Part shown: piece after piece, positions 47,476 through 59,220 of the stretch
How positions within the stretch are numbered: the first letter of the stretch is position 1
Layout: every line of letters begins with the position of its first letter
Assembly (NCBI GenBank): GCA_009103225.1
Contig: RHPI01001037.1
Span: forward strand, 1,732,551 to 1,796,550
DNA length: 64,000 nucleotides
From: Chlorokybus atmophyticus
Taxonomy: Eukaryota; Plantae; Mesostigma and Chlorokybus algae
Direction of reading: 5' to 3'
Notes under the pieces: model-generated
Seen by the model: the letters and a program-made list of their open reading frames with translations, nothing else
What the model was told of the DNA's origin: nothing
Database searches by the model: none
Program-made: the position numbers and the translations under genes

Positions 47476-50012
47476 TCAACCGCCTCTTGGAGGTACGGAC
47501 ATACTAGCAAGTTGTATGCATTCGGCATGGCTTGCGTTTGTTTTGACAGCTCCGCTGTCGACATGCGAGCGCGAGACAGCATAACCTGCCTGTTTGTGCA
47601 AGACGCATGTTCATGTGAGCAGAAGGAGATTGCAGTGGGCAACTATGCAAGATGCATATGAACCACCCAGCGCACCTTGGCCAGCTCTTTCAAAAGGTTG
47701 TCGCGCCTAGGCACTCCTGCCAACTTGCCATACCTGGCAATCTATAGAAAGGAGCTTCGTTTCATAACTCAGAAAATCAACCAAGCACACAAGCAACAAA
47801 CCTCAGATGTGGGATAGTAATAAGGTGGCAATTGTGGCTGCGCTTCATCCCGTAATATTTGCAGCAGCGGCCTGAGATCATCCTTCATTCCGCTCACTCG
47901 CTCACCACTACCGTTGTCTTGGCTGGCCCAACCAAGCCGACAAGCCAGAGCGCTCATCTCATCAATAGCTGTAGAATCGTGCAGAGGACCAGTCCATAAA
48001 GGACCTGTCACAATCATTGCTTGAGGCTGCATAAAACGATTAAGTCAGCTAAGTCAATCTCCTTGATATCAAACCATGCACACCGCAGCTGCTAGATGCA
48101 CACCTTTGCGGGCCGGCACTTGCACAAGGCATTGCCAAGGTGTCGCCATGAGAGCGCTGTGGACTCGCCACACAGGAAGCAATGCGCCACAAAGCCATAA
48201 TTTCTGACGCATGCACTGTCAGGACTGGAAATGCACTGCAAGCACTCAAGGCACATGCCGCAAGTGGGCTTCTCTGTCCTAGGTGACCTTATGCGTGGCT
48301 GATAGCATAAAACTTGGGTGCGTTGAATGCACTTACTGATGCGGCCAGGAGTTGGAGGGGAAAACGCGGAGCATGCATCGGAACACAGGGCCATGTGGAG
48401 CAAAGATGGAAAACACTGGCGTCACAGCCAGCCCTCTCAACGCTGCCTCACGTACCGCAGCACCTAGCAGCATGCGTAGGCCCTGCGAATGCAACACACC
48501 ATCAGCAAGATCAATCAACTGTGCGAGTTTGTGGTGTTCACAGACAAGTTTCAGGTGTCATGTATTGGGTCGGAATGACGACCAGCCACTAACATGTACA
48601 TCGTTTCTGTCCATATGCTGCCATTGGCACATGCATAAGAGCTCACATGTATTCAGCACGCTACCTGCTCATTGGCGGCTGGTGTGGCGCGTGCATAGCA
48701 GCCATACATGGCCAGAGCCTGCAGAGCCACAGAGCGTTCAGACTATCAAACTTGCTGAGAGCACGTGCAAGAGATCAAATTGCTGACCCGCTCTGGGTGA
48801 TGTCCACCTGCAGAGCCATAGAGCGTTCAGACTATCCAACTTGCTGAGAGCATGTGCAAGAAATCAAGTTGCTGACCCGCTCTGGGCGAGACGACACAAG
48901 TGTCTACCTGCAGAGAACCCATCTGTGCTCGTGATGTATAGCAGTCCATTGTACTTGACCTATCGTCAGGCCACCACATCTGCATGTCAGTGACGGGTAA
49001 GACTCAAGTTCAGGACAACCGACACAGCATGATCACAACAAATTATGCTGAACATACTGTTGTACACATACCGCAGCCATAGCAGCCCCAATGAAGATGG
49101 CATTGCTGCCGAAGCTGTCAACGTCCACAACATCATAGAAGTCCTGCAAAAACCGCCTCATCACATCAACACAGACAGGGTGCACATCATAGGACATTGA
49201 ATTAGGACTGTGAGTGCAGTGTAGATGACATATGTTCGCTGCATTCCACATCACATGCCAGCTTAAAGCGCTTACGTTCTCTAAGAAGCGAGAATAGAGC
49301 AGTTTAACAGCATCCTGGTGCGTAATTCGCCAGCGGCCATCAGTGCTTTCAGCAGTCCTGCCCCTGCCCCAGCGCCCAGCACTGCTACCCGCTTCTAGAT
49401 TGCTACCAACGTCTTGCGAGGCAAGCATGTCCTTCCCGACAGCTGAGCCTGTAGACTCCATGTTGCGAAGCAGAGCCGCATGTGTGCTGGGGCTGGCGTC
49501 GTTGGCCCATACAAAATCGGCACCTGCTTGCGACAGGTAGCGCACGGGCCTGACGCCGCTGCCGCTCATGACGTCAAGCACCTGCCAGGCCACATGCGTG
49601 ATTGAACGCCAATGCTGTCAATGCTGTGACGTACGCAAACTAACAAGCCCAACGCATGCCTCAGATGCTGCTACAAGGTCAGCGCATGCTGGTAGGGAGT
49701 GATCTGAAGCTTTAGAATGCTTACAACAACAATGCTTACGCGCAGCGAGCCGTGCTGCTCCTTATGCAAAGCAGCCGCAAGAACGGCGAGGTCCCGCCCG
49801 ACGCTGCTCTCCTTTCTATAGAAGCTGCCCTGGATGGTCACCCGACAGCCTCTCTCCACAGCCACCTGCAAGCCTTCACCCTGCTGCTGAACTGGCTCCA
49901 CCTGCCCTGCTGCGGCGTCGGCCCTCACACCAACAGCTAACCTCCTGCTCCTTCTCCTCCTCGCTGCCAGTACTGGGCATACCCCCACCCCCACCCCCAC
50001 CGCCGCCGCCAT
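47476..50012 (-). CDS. TRM1: tRNA (guanine-N2,N2)-dimethyltransferase, organellar-type TRM1 (multi-exon, includes a 20-nt micro-exon)
   Basis: Exons encode SFYRKESSVGRDLAVLAA, VLDVMSGSGVRPVRY, VWANDA, DVVDVDSFGS, LLYITSTDGFSAG|GHHPER|ALAMYG...NEQ|GLRMLLGAAVREAA, IVTGPLWTGPLHD and SRSHVDSGAVKTNA. Transit-peptide-like N-terminus. Confidence 0.92.
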
Positions 50013-50222
50013 GCCGGCAGCCACCACCCTCAGAATACGCCAATGTCAGACACGTAATCCGCATGTGGAATCGACTTGATATCGATGTTCCTGTGCCGAT
50101 GTCGAGCTGCTGACTGGTGTCACGGTCGTTGCCCACCGCACGTGCCGGGTTAAGCTGGGCGAGCTTGTTGGCGGGGTTGTTGACATCGACGACGTATAGG
50201 TTGTTGCCGTTGCTTTTTGAAG

Positions 50223-50231
50223 TTAGGGTTT
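50223..50231. promoter_or_regulatory. Telo-box-like motif (TTAGGGTTT) in the TRM1/K+ channel divergent promoter
   Basis: Exact reverse complement of AAACCCTAA between the two start codons. The same 9-mer occurs upstream of the methyltransferase gene (30628-30636) and at 61680-61688. Confidence 0.35.
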
Positions 50232-50304
50232 TCAAGCCATTAGGTTTTGCGAGTTTAAACTTCTGGGGCGGCGGTGACATGGAGGCGGTGGGATCGCAGG
50301 GAAG

Positions 50305-53300
50305 ATGGTGGAGGCGGACGGCGTCCGTTTCGTGTGGAGTGCTGTCTGTCATGCCGTGCAAATGAGGTTATAGTCACCCAAGCCGCAATGCAGCTGCCGC
50401 TGGGTTTAGGTTGCTAGTGCAAGCTAGCAGAGCAGTATGTTGCTCGTGGTGGCAGCCATATCTCAACGCAATTATCCCAGAGGTCAGTGTTTCTGTGTGT
50501 TTCAAACAGGCAGTTGCTCCCACCAGCAGCTGTGCTGCTCAGTTTGATATGTTTTGATACGACTTATAAAGTCAAATGCTTTGCATGACGGTGTGCTTAA
50601 TAGTGCTGTACATGCAGTCTTGCTCGACGAGACATAGAGTTGAATGGACTTGCCCACAAGCAGCCATGATGCTCAAAGTCACTGGAAGTTCAGGTAAAGA
50701 TAGCTCGCTGTGGCCTATGCCGGCCCCTTATCGCCATCGCCTTACATCTCCTTCTGACTGTACACGTCACCTTTTTCTGTGACAGCTTGTTCGTTGGCAA
50801 AATCAGGAGCAGAGCCAGACTGCATAGCTTGCCAGCAAGGTACGGCTTACGCACGTTGCTCATTTGGTATTGTTTGTGCATTTTAAGCATAGGATTGACA
50901 ATAGCTTGTCTGCAGTGTGCAACCGAATTCAATCTACGAGGATGGAAGCGACGACCTTATCAATGCAGATTCACAGGTGCAGTGTTCGTGCAGAGCTTGC
51001 ATGTCATGCAGCATGTCTCACGCTGCATGCAACGAGTAAAAAGCATCCAGCCACTACAACAAGTACACCACTTAAGTTATCTGCTGCCAATTCAGGCGGT
51101 GTTACGGCAATACGATGCCAGCCTCCTGTATGAGAGACGCACCCGCTACGATAAGCTGCGCGCTGATCTGCGCACTGGCAGGCTCAGCGTCATGCTCGAG
51201 TTTGTGAGTAGACTGTGTTGGTTCACTATTGCCTGATTGTTCGATGGTGTCATGACCTTATCCATTGCAACAGGTATCCTTCATTGCCTCGTTCGTTGCA
51301 CTGGTGCTGTTCGTCATGTCTACATACTACATGACCACCCCCAAGTGGATGTCTGTGCTCGAAACCGTCATTGGCGTCCTTTTTCTTGTGGACTATTTGC
51401 TAAGGCTGTTCAGGTATACTGCTTGCTTGTGTTAGCGCTGCAAAGAAATATCTTATACCAATGTTACTTGTTTGTTTAGGGCGGACCCAAGACCCGCCTA
51501 CATACTCAGTTCACAAGGATGGTTGGACCTGGTGACCGTTCTACCGCTCTTTCTGTCCCTTTTCAATTCTCTCTTCCTGAGGTATATGACATGCTCATAG
51601 GTTGACATCTTGTAGTCAGGCACTCACGTGTATGACCAGTCTGTTGCTGCAGGGGATTTGCACTGATAAGATTGAGCTCTTCACTCCCACGAATGTTGAC
51701 GCTCATGCGCACGGCAAGGTATCAAAGCGGTGAGTCCATCACCTTCTATGGTCATCCAACATATCTGTATTGCTTTGCAGGGCCTTCCGTGTTTTCAGCT
51801 TTGCAGGCAGCAGCGTCACAACCAACGCCTCCCTGGAGCGCCAGAAGTGGCTTCTTATTGCGTCGGTTGTGTCCATTGGTAAGCTTCATGTTGAACGTCA
51901 ACAAAGGCACGCGTTTGCAAAACTGAATTATTCAACGCTTCTCCTGCAGTGTTTGTCACTGCTGCAATCTTCCAGCAACTACAGCGAGCCTTCCCCGTAT
52001 GCAAACCTGCAACTTCTCTTACGTCTCATGTATTCGCCCCCATGTCTTTGTGTTTGACTTGTAGCATGTGCAGCCTGAGGGATCAACATGCTGGCAAGCC
52101 AAACAGAACGACACAATGTATACGACTTTGCCACTGCAGCAAGCCAAAGAGTTGGGCCTAAATGGCCACATGGAGATTGACCAATGCATATCATTCACGG
52201 AAGCTGTGTACTTTGTCATCGTCACGGTGAGATGCTTATGATGCAGTGCTGATTGTGCATGTTTACCTGGTCACAGTCATCACCAAACGAGCCCCTCGCA
52301 GATGTCAACAGTTGGCTATGGAGATTTTGTACCATACAATGTGTGGTCGCGGCTGCTTGTGTCAGTGGCCATACTTGCATTTGTCATCATTGTGCCCGTG
52401 CGCATCACAAAACTGATTGAGATCCGAAACCAAAAGTAAGCTTTCTTATCCCTGTGTGGCATCAATGCCTTGCATTGGCTCACCATTTCCAGCTACAATG
52501 TAAACATGGGGGTGCAGAGTCTACGGCGGTATGTTCATCCCTGTGAATAAGAGTCGTTATGTGATACTGTCTGGCGATGTTGGCTACAATGAAGCAAGGA
52601 CGTACTTGTACGAGCTCTTCTTCCGTTCACACGTGCCATGTACGTACCTGTGCAACGTTGCCTGCTTGCTGGCATACTGACTACCTACTATCTTCTCTTC
52701 TACCGCAGCCAGCAAAATCAAGTCCACTGTAGTGGTCCTACTTATTCCCGCCAAACCCAGGTAAGAGTCCTTGTCTCCATAACTTGGTGCATGCCACACA
52801 CATGTTGGTGGTCACGTTGCTGACGCATCCCTTCATGCTGTCAGCTTGGACATGCAGCTGCTTCTCAATGCATATAACGGCCAAGTCAAGTACTTTGAAG
52901 GTTGCACAACCAACAGGTGCTGATGTCCAAAACGCTGTAAGAGTTGTAAGTTGATGCCAGTATCCAGCTTGCCAGCAACCATGGCATTCTGCGTGCAGCT
53001 CTGATCTGGTAAGGGTCTCTGCGCACAAGGCTGCTGCCATCTTTGTGGTGGGTTGCCGCACAGCGGCGAGAGCGCGTGAAATGGAAGACTCTATCTCCCT
53101 CATGCGCGGCATGGGGTGTCTAGAGCACAGGGGGCGAAACACAATGATCTATGTACAGGTACCAGGATGAAACTAACTGACTATGTGTTGTGACACTCAC
53201 GCAATCACAGCAGGTTGTTCACTCAGTCCACTGCACTGCAGGTTTTTGGACCCGACATACTCACAAGCAGTATATGGGGGGCATCGCAGAATGCCATGCA

Positions 53301-56300
53301 TGTAAGCGCATTGCCGAACGAAAAGAGACATGCCACGCAGCCATACCTGTTATGTTGCATTTGACACAACTGAAGAGTGTGCAATTATCAGGCTGTGTGT
53401 CCAACGGAGATAGGCCTAATGCTCATGGCCCGCAGCTGCTTTGTCAAGGGGATCACGCCATTCCTCACCAACCTTTTTGTTTCTGCGGATGATGTGGATT
53501 TTACTGAACAGCCTGCCGGCAGGTTCGTGTGATGAGATACGAATATGCAGTCACTCCTGCGAAACTGACATGTCCATGCAGCTGGCTGGCCGAGTACGTA
53601 CATGGCATGACCCACAAAGTGTATCCAGTAGTATTCTCGCCCGTACTGCATGGCATGCCTTTTCTTGCGGTGAGCTCAACTTCTTAATACAATCTATGTG
53701 GATCAACTAACATAACACCGCTTACATAGTTGTCAGCCACTTCGACTTCGCAGCAACTTTCTGTGGTTGTCACTCTGCACCAAGGCTCCTGAGTGTTACA
53801 GCAGCATGTTTGGGCTGACATTTGGGGGCGCAGGTCGCCAACATTCTGTACAAGCGGTACTCTGTTGTGCTCTTTGGCCTCGACAGGTATGCACAGCATA
53901 TGCCGTGTCTCTGCATTGCATCAGAGTATACTTACAAGGGTATCTGTTGGGTCAGTGCTTCAAGCGGCCATCGCAACATTATCATCAGCCCACTAGACCA
54001 TATTATTGAGGTGACTATCACTTCTTTGGTTTGCTTGTTTAAGGACACTCACTTTGCGTTTACCGGAGCATGTATGTACAGATGAATTTGCTTGCTGTTT
54101 GATGAAGAAATCTGTTGCTGGCAGGGTTCAGACCTTGGCCTCGTCATAGCAGATAGCCTAAGCAGCGCACAGCGCGCATCTCGCCATCGACCTTCAACAG
54201 AGAGCAGTGAGCACTAAATCAAGGCATGCATTCAACTACATGCAACTTGACTTACAGTGTTTGGCAGAGATGGGCATGTTGGACAACATTGCTGCGAGCA
54301 GAGACGCTAGTTTCAGCGTAGGTGGGGAGAACATTCATGGAGTGTTGGAATCGCCAAGAGCAGTGACAAGTGTGGAGGCGAACTGCGTTGAGGCTGCTCA
54401 AAGACAGTTTCAGCGGCAGGTGCAGAAAGGCGCCTTGTTGTTCCTTGTTGGTCATTCGTTGCATGCTCTGTGGTGTTTGACATCACCGGGTATCACTATC
54501 ACGGTGCACGCCGCATGTGAAGTTATCATTGTGCTGTCATAGCGTAATGATGTACGCTTGCAGGAGTCGATACGGCGTGTCGACATACACGACTCACAAC
54601 TACGGGGCGTCAAGTCCGCACTGGCTAAACACCACGCAGGTGGTTGCTCCTGAGCGATGTGACACCGCCATTTTGCGCCATTAACTAGTTTAGTCAAGGG
54701 CAGCAGTAGCAAAGGGTTAACTTGTTCTTGACTTCAGGTAATGCCACGCCGGCCGAAACAGCCGCCCGCGTTGCGGAAGTTTCATTACGGTGGCCTCCTG
54801 CGCTTAATATGGGACATAGGCCCAGCTACGCCATTATACAGGCCAATGCTGACAGTATCCTGAAGGTAGCTGTATGCAATCGCATATGCGCCTGTTTCTG
54901 TTGTTTTGTTTTTGTTTTTGTTGTTGGGAAGGGGGATGGGACGTACTCACTGAATCAATGTGTTGTTGCTCAGCATCTGACCGACCATTCGTGCTCCGTG
55001 GTGGACTTCAACGATCACATCCTGATTGCGTGCGAGGGTGCAAACCCAGACTTGTTCTACTTGATGGGTCACTTGCGGTCGCACCGCGCACCACAAAAGA
55101 AGATCGTGTTGCTGCAACCAGAGGTAAATCAAGCGAGATATGTTGCTAATGCTGGCGAATGAGTGTATTGTAGAAGCTGATGATTACCATCAACACTTAG
55201 GTGCCAACTCTAGAGCAATGGGGTTGCTTGGGCGTCCACGCAGATGTGTTCTACATCTGGTGAGCTTTGACTCATGTTTGCTTCTTACCTGTGCATGCAG
55301 TAGCAGTAAAGATGAAAACCCACAATCGCATGCAGTGGCTCTTCCAAGGATGCAAGGGACCTTGCGCGTGCTGGTGCTGCGTACGCACATTCTGTAGTGT
55401 TTCCTTCCAGGCCGGATCAGTACGTACACATAACACCTCTGTACACACAGTCCGCTGATTATGACCTGATGTGCTGCCATGGGAGCGCAGCAATGCGGGT
55501 GGAGAGTTGGATGTCTTTGGTGCTGATGCGGACGTAATACAAGCGGTGTGGGCGGCTGAGAAGGTTGTCGGAGTCAGTCCCCACAGGATTCAGCTGCAGG
55601 TGTGCGTGCACACAGAGCTTGTGTCTGTGTGTGCGTGTGCTCTGCTGTACTGGGCCTATGGTGATGTTTGCAACAGGTTGAGGATGCATCTGCAATGCAC
55701 TTGCTCGGGCCGCACGCAAAAGAGAAAGTCAAGTTTCTGAATAAAGCAACCACCTTTTCTAAGCCACTCATGGAAAGGTTCCAGACGCTTCCGATATATG
55801 CACAGGGAAAGGTGAGTGCATTACGGGTTTCGTTGACCTGTCTGCACATACTGATGATAGCAAATATGGTGGCAGGCGTTGTGCACGCCTACACTGGACT
55901 TCCTAATGTATCACTCCCTTTTCAATCCCCACACTGTGGAAGTTGTGACGGAGCTGATACTGGGCTCCAACGAACCCGGCTGCACACCCTGCCTGCTTGA
56001 TCAAGTCAGTTGTAGGCAGATTGCACGCACGTAACACAGCTGCATACCGCATGTTTTACTGGCCGTATGTTACACATTTCAATACTGCACTCCTCACTGT
56101 TGACTTTGGTATCGACAGGTTCCAGTGATACTGGAGTGTGTGACTTATGGTCAGCTGTTTGCCGTCCTGTTAATACAACGCCGCACGCTAGCATTGGGAT
56201 TGTACCGCGCTGCTCAGCCCAACTCACACGCACCTTACGTTTACACCAATCCTCCCGCGGAGACGCTCTTGCGCAAAGATGACCTCGTCTACGTCCTTAG

Positions 56301-56304
56301 GTAG
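50305..56304 (+). CDS. BK/Slo-type (RCK-domain) potassium channel (multi-exon; start codon tentative)
   Basis: TM exons (VLFLVDYLLRLF; WLDLVTVLP), pore AVYFVIVT|MSTVGYGDFVP, RCK1 (DLVRVSAHKAAAIFVVG; LMARSCFVKGITPFLTNL; WLAEYVHG), RCK2 (DHILIACE) and C-terminal TYGQLFAVLL...LGLYR...YVYTNPPAETLLRKDDLVYVLR-stop (TAG 56302-56304). Confidence 0.92.
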
Positions 56305-57099
56305 GTGGAAAGCCGTCGGAGTTGATTCTAATTAGTTCATTGCAGCTCTTGCTGCGGGTACACGCTAGGCTACTCTGTAAATGGTAGGTTTCATATTTAG
56401 GAGTTGATTGCGCTTCTCTTCATACAACATTGGTGACCACTTCAAGGCTGACCATAACAAAACCGTACGAGAGACTCGGTGACAGCAGGCTGCTGTAAGC
56501 ATCGTGAGAAGCTTCAATATCATCAATACATTCTTACCACACTACTATCGTTGTATTGCATACTCTACACTGAATTGCGCACAAGCAACAACACTTGGAA
56601 GCATTTTTGTCTTATATGAAGGAGCGCAGTCTCCCAGGAATTCAACCTGGTGCCATTTTTACGTGTCCCAAGGCCGACTCAATTACCAGAGGCAATTCGT
56701 CTGTGCCGCATGCTACTGCTCTGGGCGCAGCTAAGCCATACACAAGCAACCATTATCCTAGTCAATGCGAGCATCATGGGTATCGGGTGCCGATGGTAAT
56801 ACCCACATGTGCATATGCGCATGGGGCGAGGGCGGGGTGCTTGCGCTATCTGCAAATTGCTCAGGTCAGGAAGTTACGGTCATCATGCATGACAACTGGA
56901 GACTGCAACTGTTCTCTCTCGCCGGGACCCGCACACATCATGGTTACTCACAAAGTAACCATGAAGTTCATGACAACAAGCTGGCGTTGTCCTTGCTGGG
57001 ACGCAAAGATATCAGCCAGCCGCATGCATCAGCCTGAGTGAGTACAGTGTGCGCTACTGCAGGTGCCCTATTCATGGTGTGACTTCAAGCCAGCTGAAA

Positions 57100-58800
57100 T
57101 TTAGCCTAAATGTGATCACCAGCTTGGCATTGTGAGCTCTGATACTTTGCTGTGTAGTCCTCGGTTTCAAGTTTCGTGCTTGCTACAACTCTGCAGCATT
57201 GGTATCTCCATGTCCCTTCCCTTTGCCTCTTCTCTTTGCATCAGCCGCTTCACCGCCGCAACCTTGTCCATGGTGAAGCAGCCAGCACTCAACTCGAGTT
57301 GCTCCTGCGATCGTTGGAGTGTGTATACACATGGAAATGTGTACATACTCAAACGCACCTTAAACCAGCTTACTGCAACCATACTTGCCAGGCACAAGGC
57401 ACCCCTGGCAGTGATAGGTCTAGCAGGTGCCCCATGCACGCAAGCTGCACCTCCTGCAATCTCCTTCGAAGAGTTAAACAAAGCGCACGCACTCCAGCCA
57501 TGCAGAGTAGTAAAGGTACCAGACAAGTGTCGGAGAGTGATACGCACAGGGTGGTCTGATGCCCTGGCACACACCGAGAGTAGCTGCTTTCCATGGTCAA
57601 GTTCCTCTGATGCACGTTAAATACGCTGTAAGCATCGCTGCAAGGCTTTCGCCCTACTGTGGTTCTGTACAGCGCACAGTCTGCACAAGCCTCAGACACA
57701 CTACAGCAAGTTGATGTAGTGTTCAGTAGTACTGATGCTGAGGGCATATCCGCATGCACATCTTGTGAGGTGAAGGTTTCATCAGCGTCTTTCCTTGCAT
57801 TGTTTCAACGCACGTACGAGTGAACTCTGGTTAAATACTATGTGCAGCGAGCTGACCACCACCTGCCTCATTGATGGTCAATGAGTAATAACCGCACATG
57901 GCTGGCATCTCGCGTGTCTCTTGATGGAGGCTTGGTGCACATTGTCACAGTTGCTGTCACAATCTCACACGTGTGCATGCAAGCATACGTGCATGTGTAT
58001 GCATGGGCTCCTTGCCATGATGAGTAGTCCAATCTGATACGAGGCGTGCCTGAGGGGCGGCTGCGTCATCGCGAATCTCTTGATGCTGTTGGCCTCCATG
58101 TGTATCAAGAGATGCGATGCAGGGTTTTGCCAATATACATACAACGTGGCGTGCAATGGCGCATGCATGTGTACAGAGGACTCAAGGCATATAGCCCTGG
58201 GTGCGCGTGTGTGCATGTGCGTAACTAATGAAGTCTCTCTCCCTTCCCTTCGTCCCTCATTTGACTTCCATGACTTCTGAGTTTCTTGCAGTAAGATGAG
58301 GTCATCGACCAGTCTGCATCACGTCAGCCTGCTGTGGCGGAATCAGCGATGCCTTTCAGGGCGAGTGGCAACTTGTCACTCACAAACGCAACCTACGTGA
58401 TACGAGTGGCTCTGTGTACATAAATCCAAGATGGGATTGTGCTGCTATGCTTGCTGTGATGCAACCATAACAGTCACAACTTTGCTATCTTAGTTGGCAG
58501 TTTGAAATGAGCTTGAAAGTAGAACACTTGTGAATGTGGTCTACGCTACTGCACCGTGTCAACGCGTTGATGCTCAGCAACGTAGACACTGGTGTAACAC
58601 ACTGCCGTCGGTCTGTGGCGACAACTGTTGCGCATTGCATGCTTTAGGTCAACATCGCATGCGTTGAAGTTGCTGCTCTTGGTGTTCGATAAGAGGAAAG
58701 CGCTTCCGTTTGCAGCTGTCACTGGTGTCGATGATGCGGCTCGTGACCATATAGTTGGGTGAGTCCGGGGAGGTCAGCTAAATCAACTCACATGTCGGTG
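57100..58800 (-). CDS. Possible uncharacterised spliced gene
   Basis: Protein-like segments near splice-like sites (RRRLQEVQLACMGHLLDLSLPGVPCAWQ; MDKVAAVKRLMQREEAKGRDMEIP). No full exon chain could be assembled. Confidence 0.3.
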
Positions 58801-59220
58801 CTCAACATCTCCAACATTTCTACAACTGCAGCTGTACACAGTTGCGTGCAGGTAACTGCTTGTACATGTATGCATGTCTGACGGGGTAGCCTTTGGGTAG
58901 GTAGAGCGCTAGTGTTGAGAGTAGTGAGCAGAGACATGCGGTATGGCATAACCCGGGTGGTGGTGGTGTTGTTGCTTGTGTATTTGTATCATATTTGTAT
59001 AATAAATAGATTGCAGGGATTGTTGCATGCATGAGAGTGTGACACACACATGCATGAGCAGTCTACTCACCACACCATGAAGCACTCTCATTGACTGTGT
59101 TGTGTTGATGATTGCATGGTATGCCATTACAGCAGAGTGTCTAAGCATGCGTAACAGCCCTGCGCATATTCTGTACACAGCGTACACTGCAAAACCGTAA
59201 CTGATAAAAATACTTGCGTC

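Noticed and set aside
47-56304. Cluster of membrane transport genes (NNT, MATE, KUP, PHT4, BK)
   Set aside because: Unrelated families, mixed orientations and no shared pathway; probably chance.
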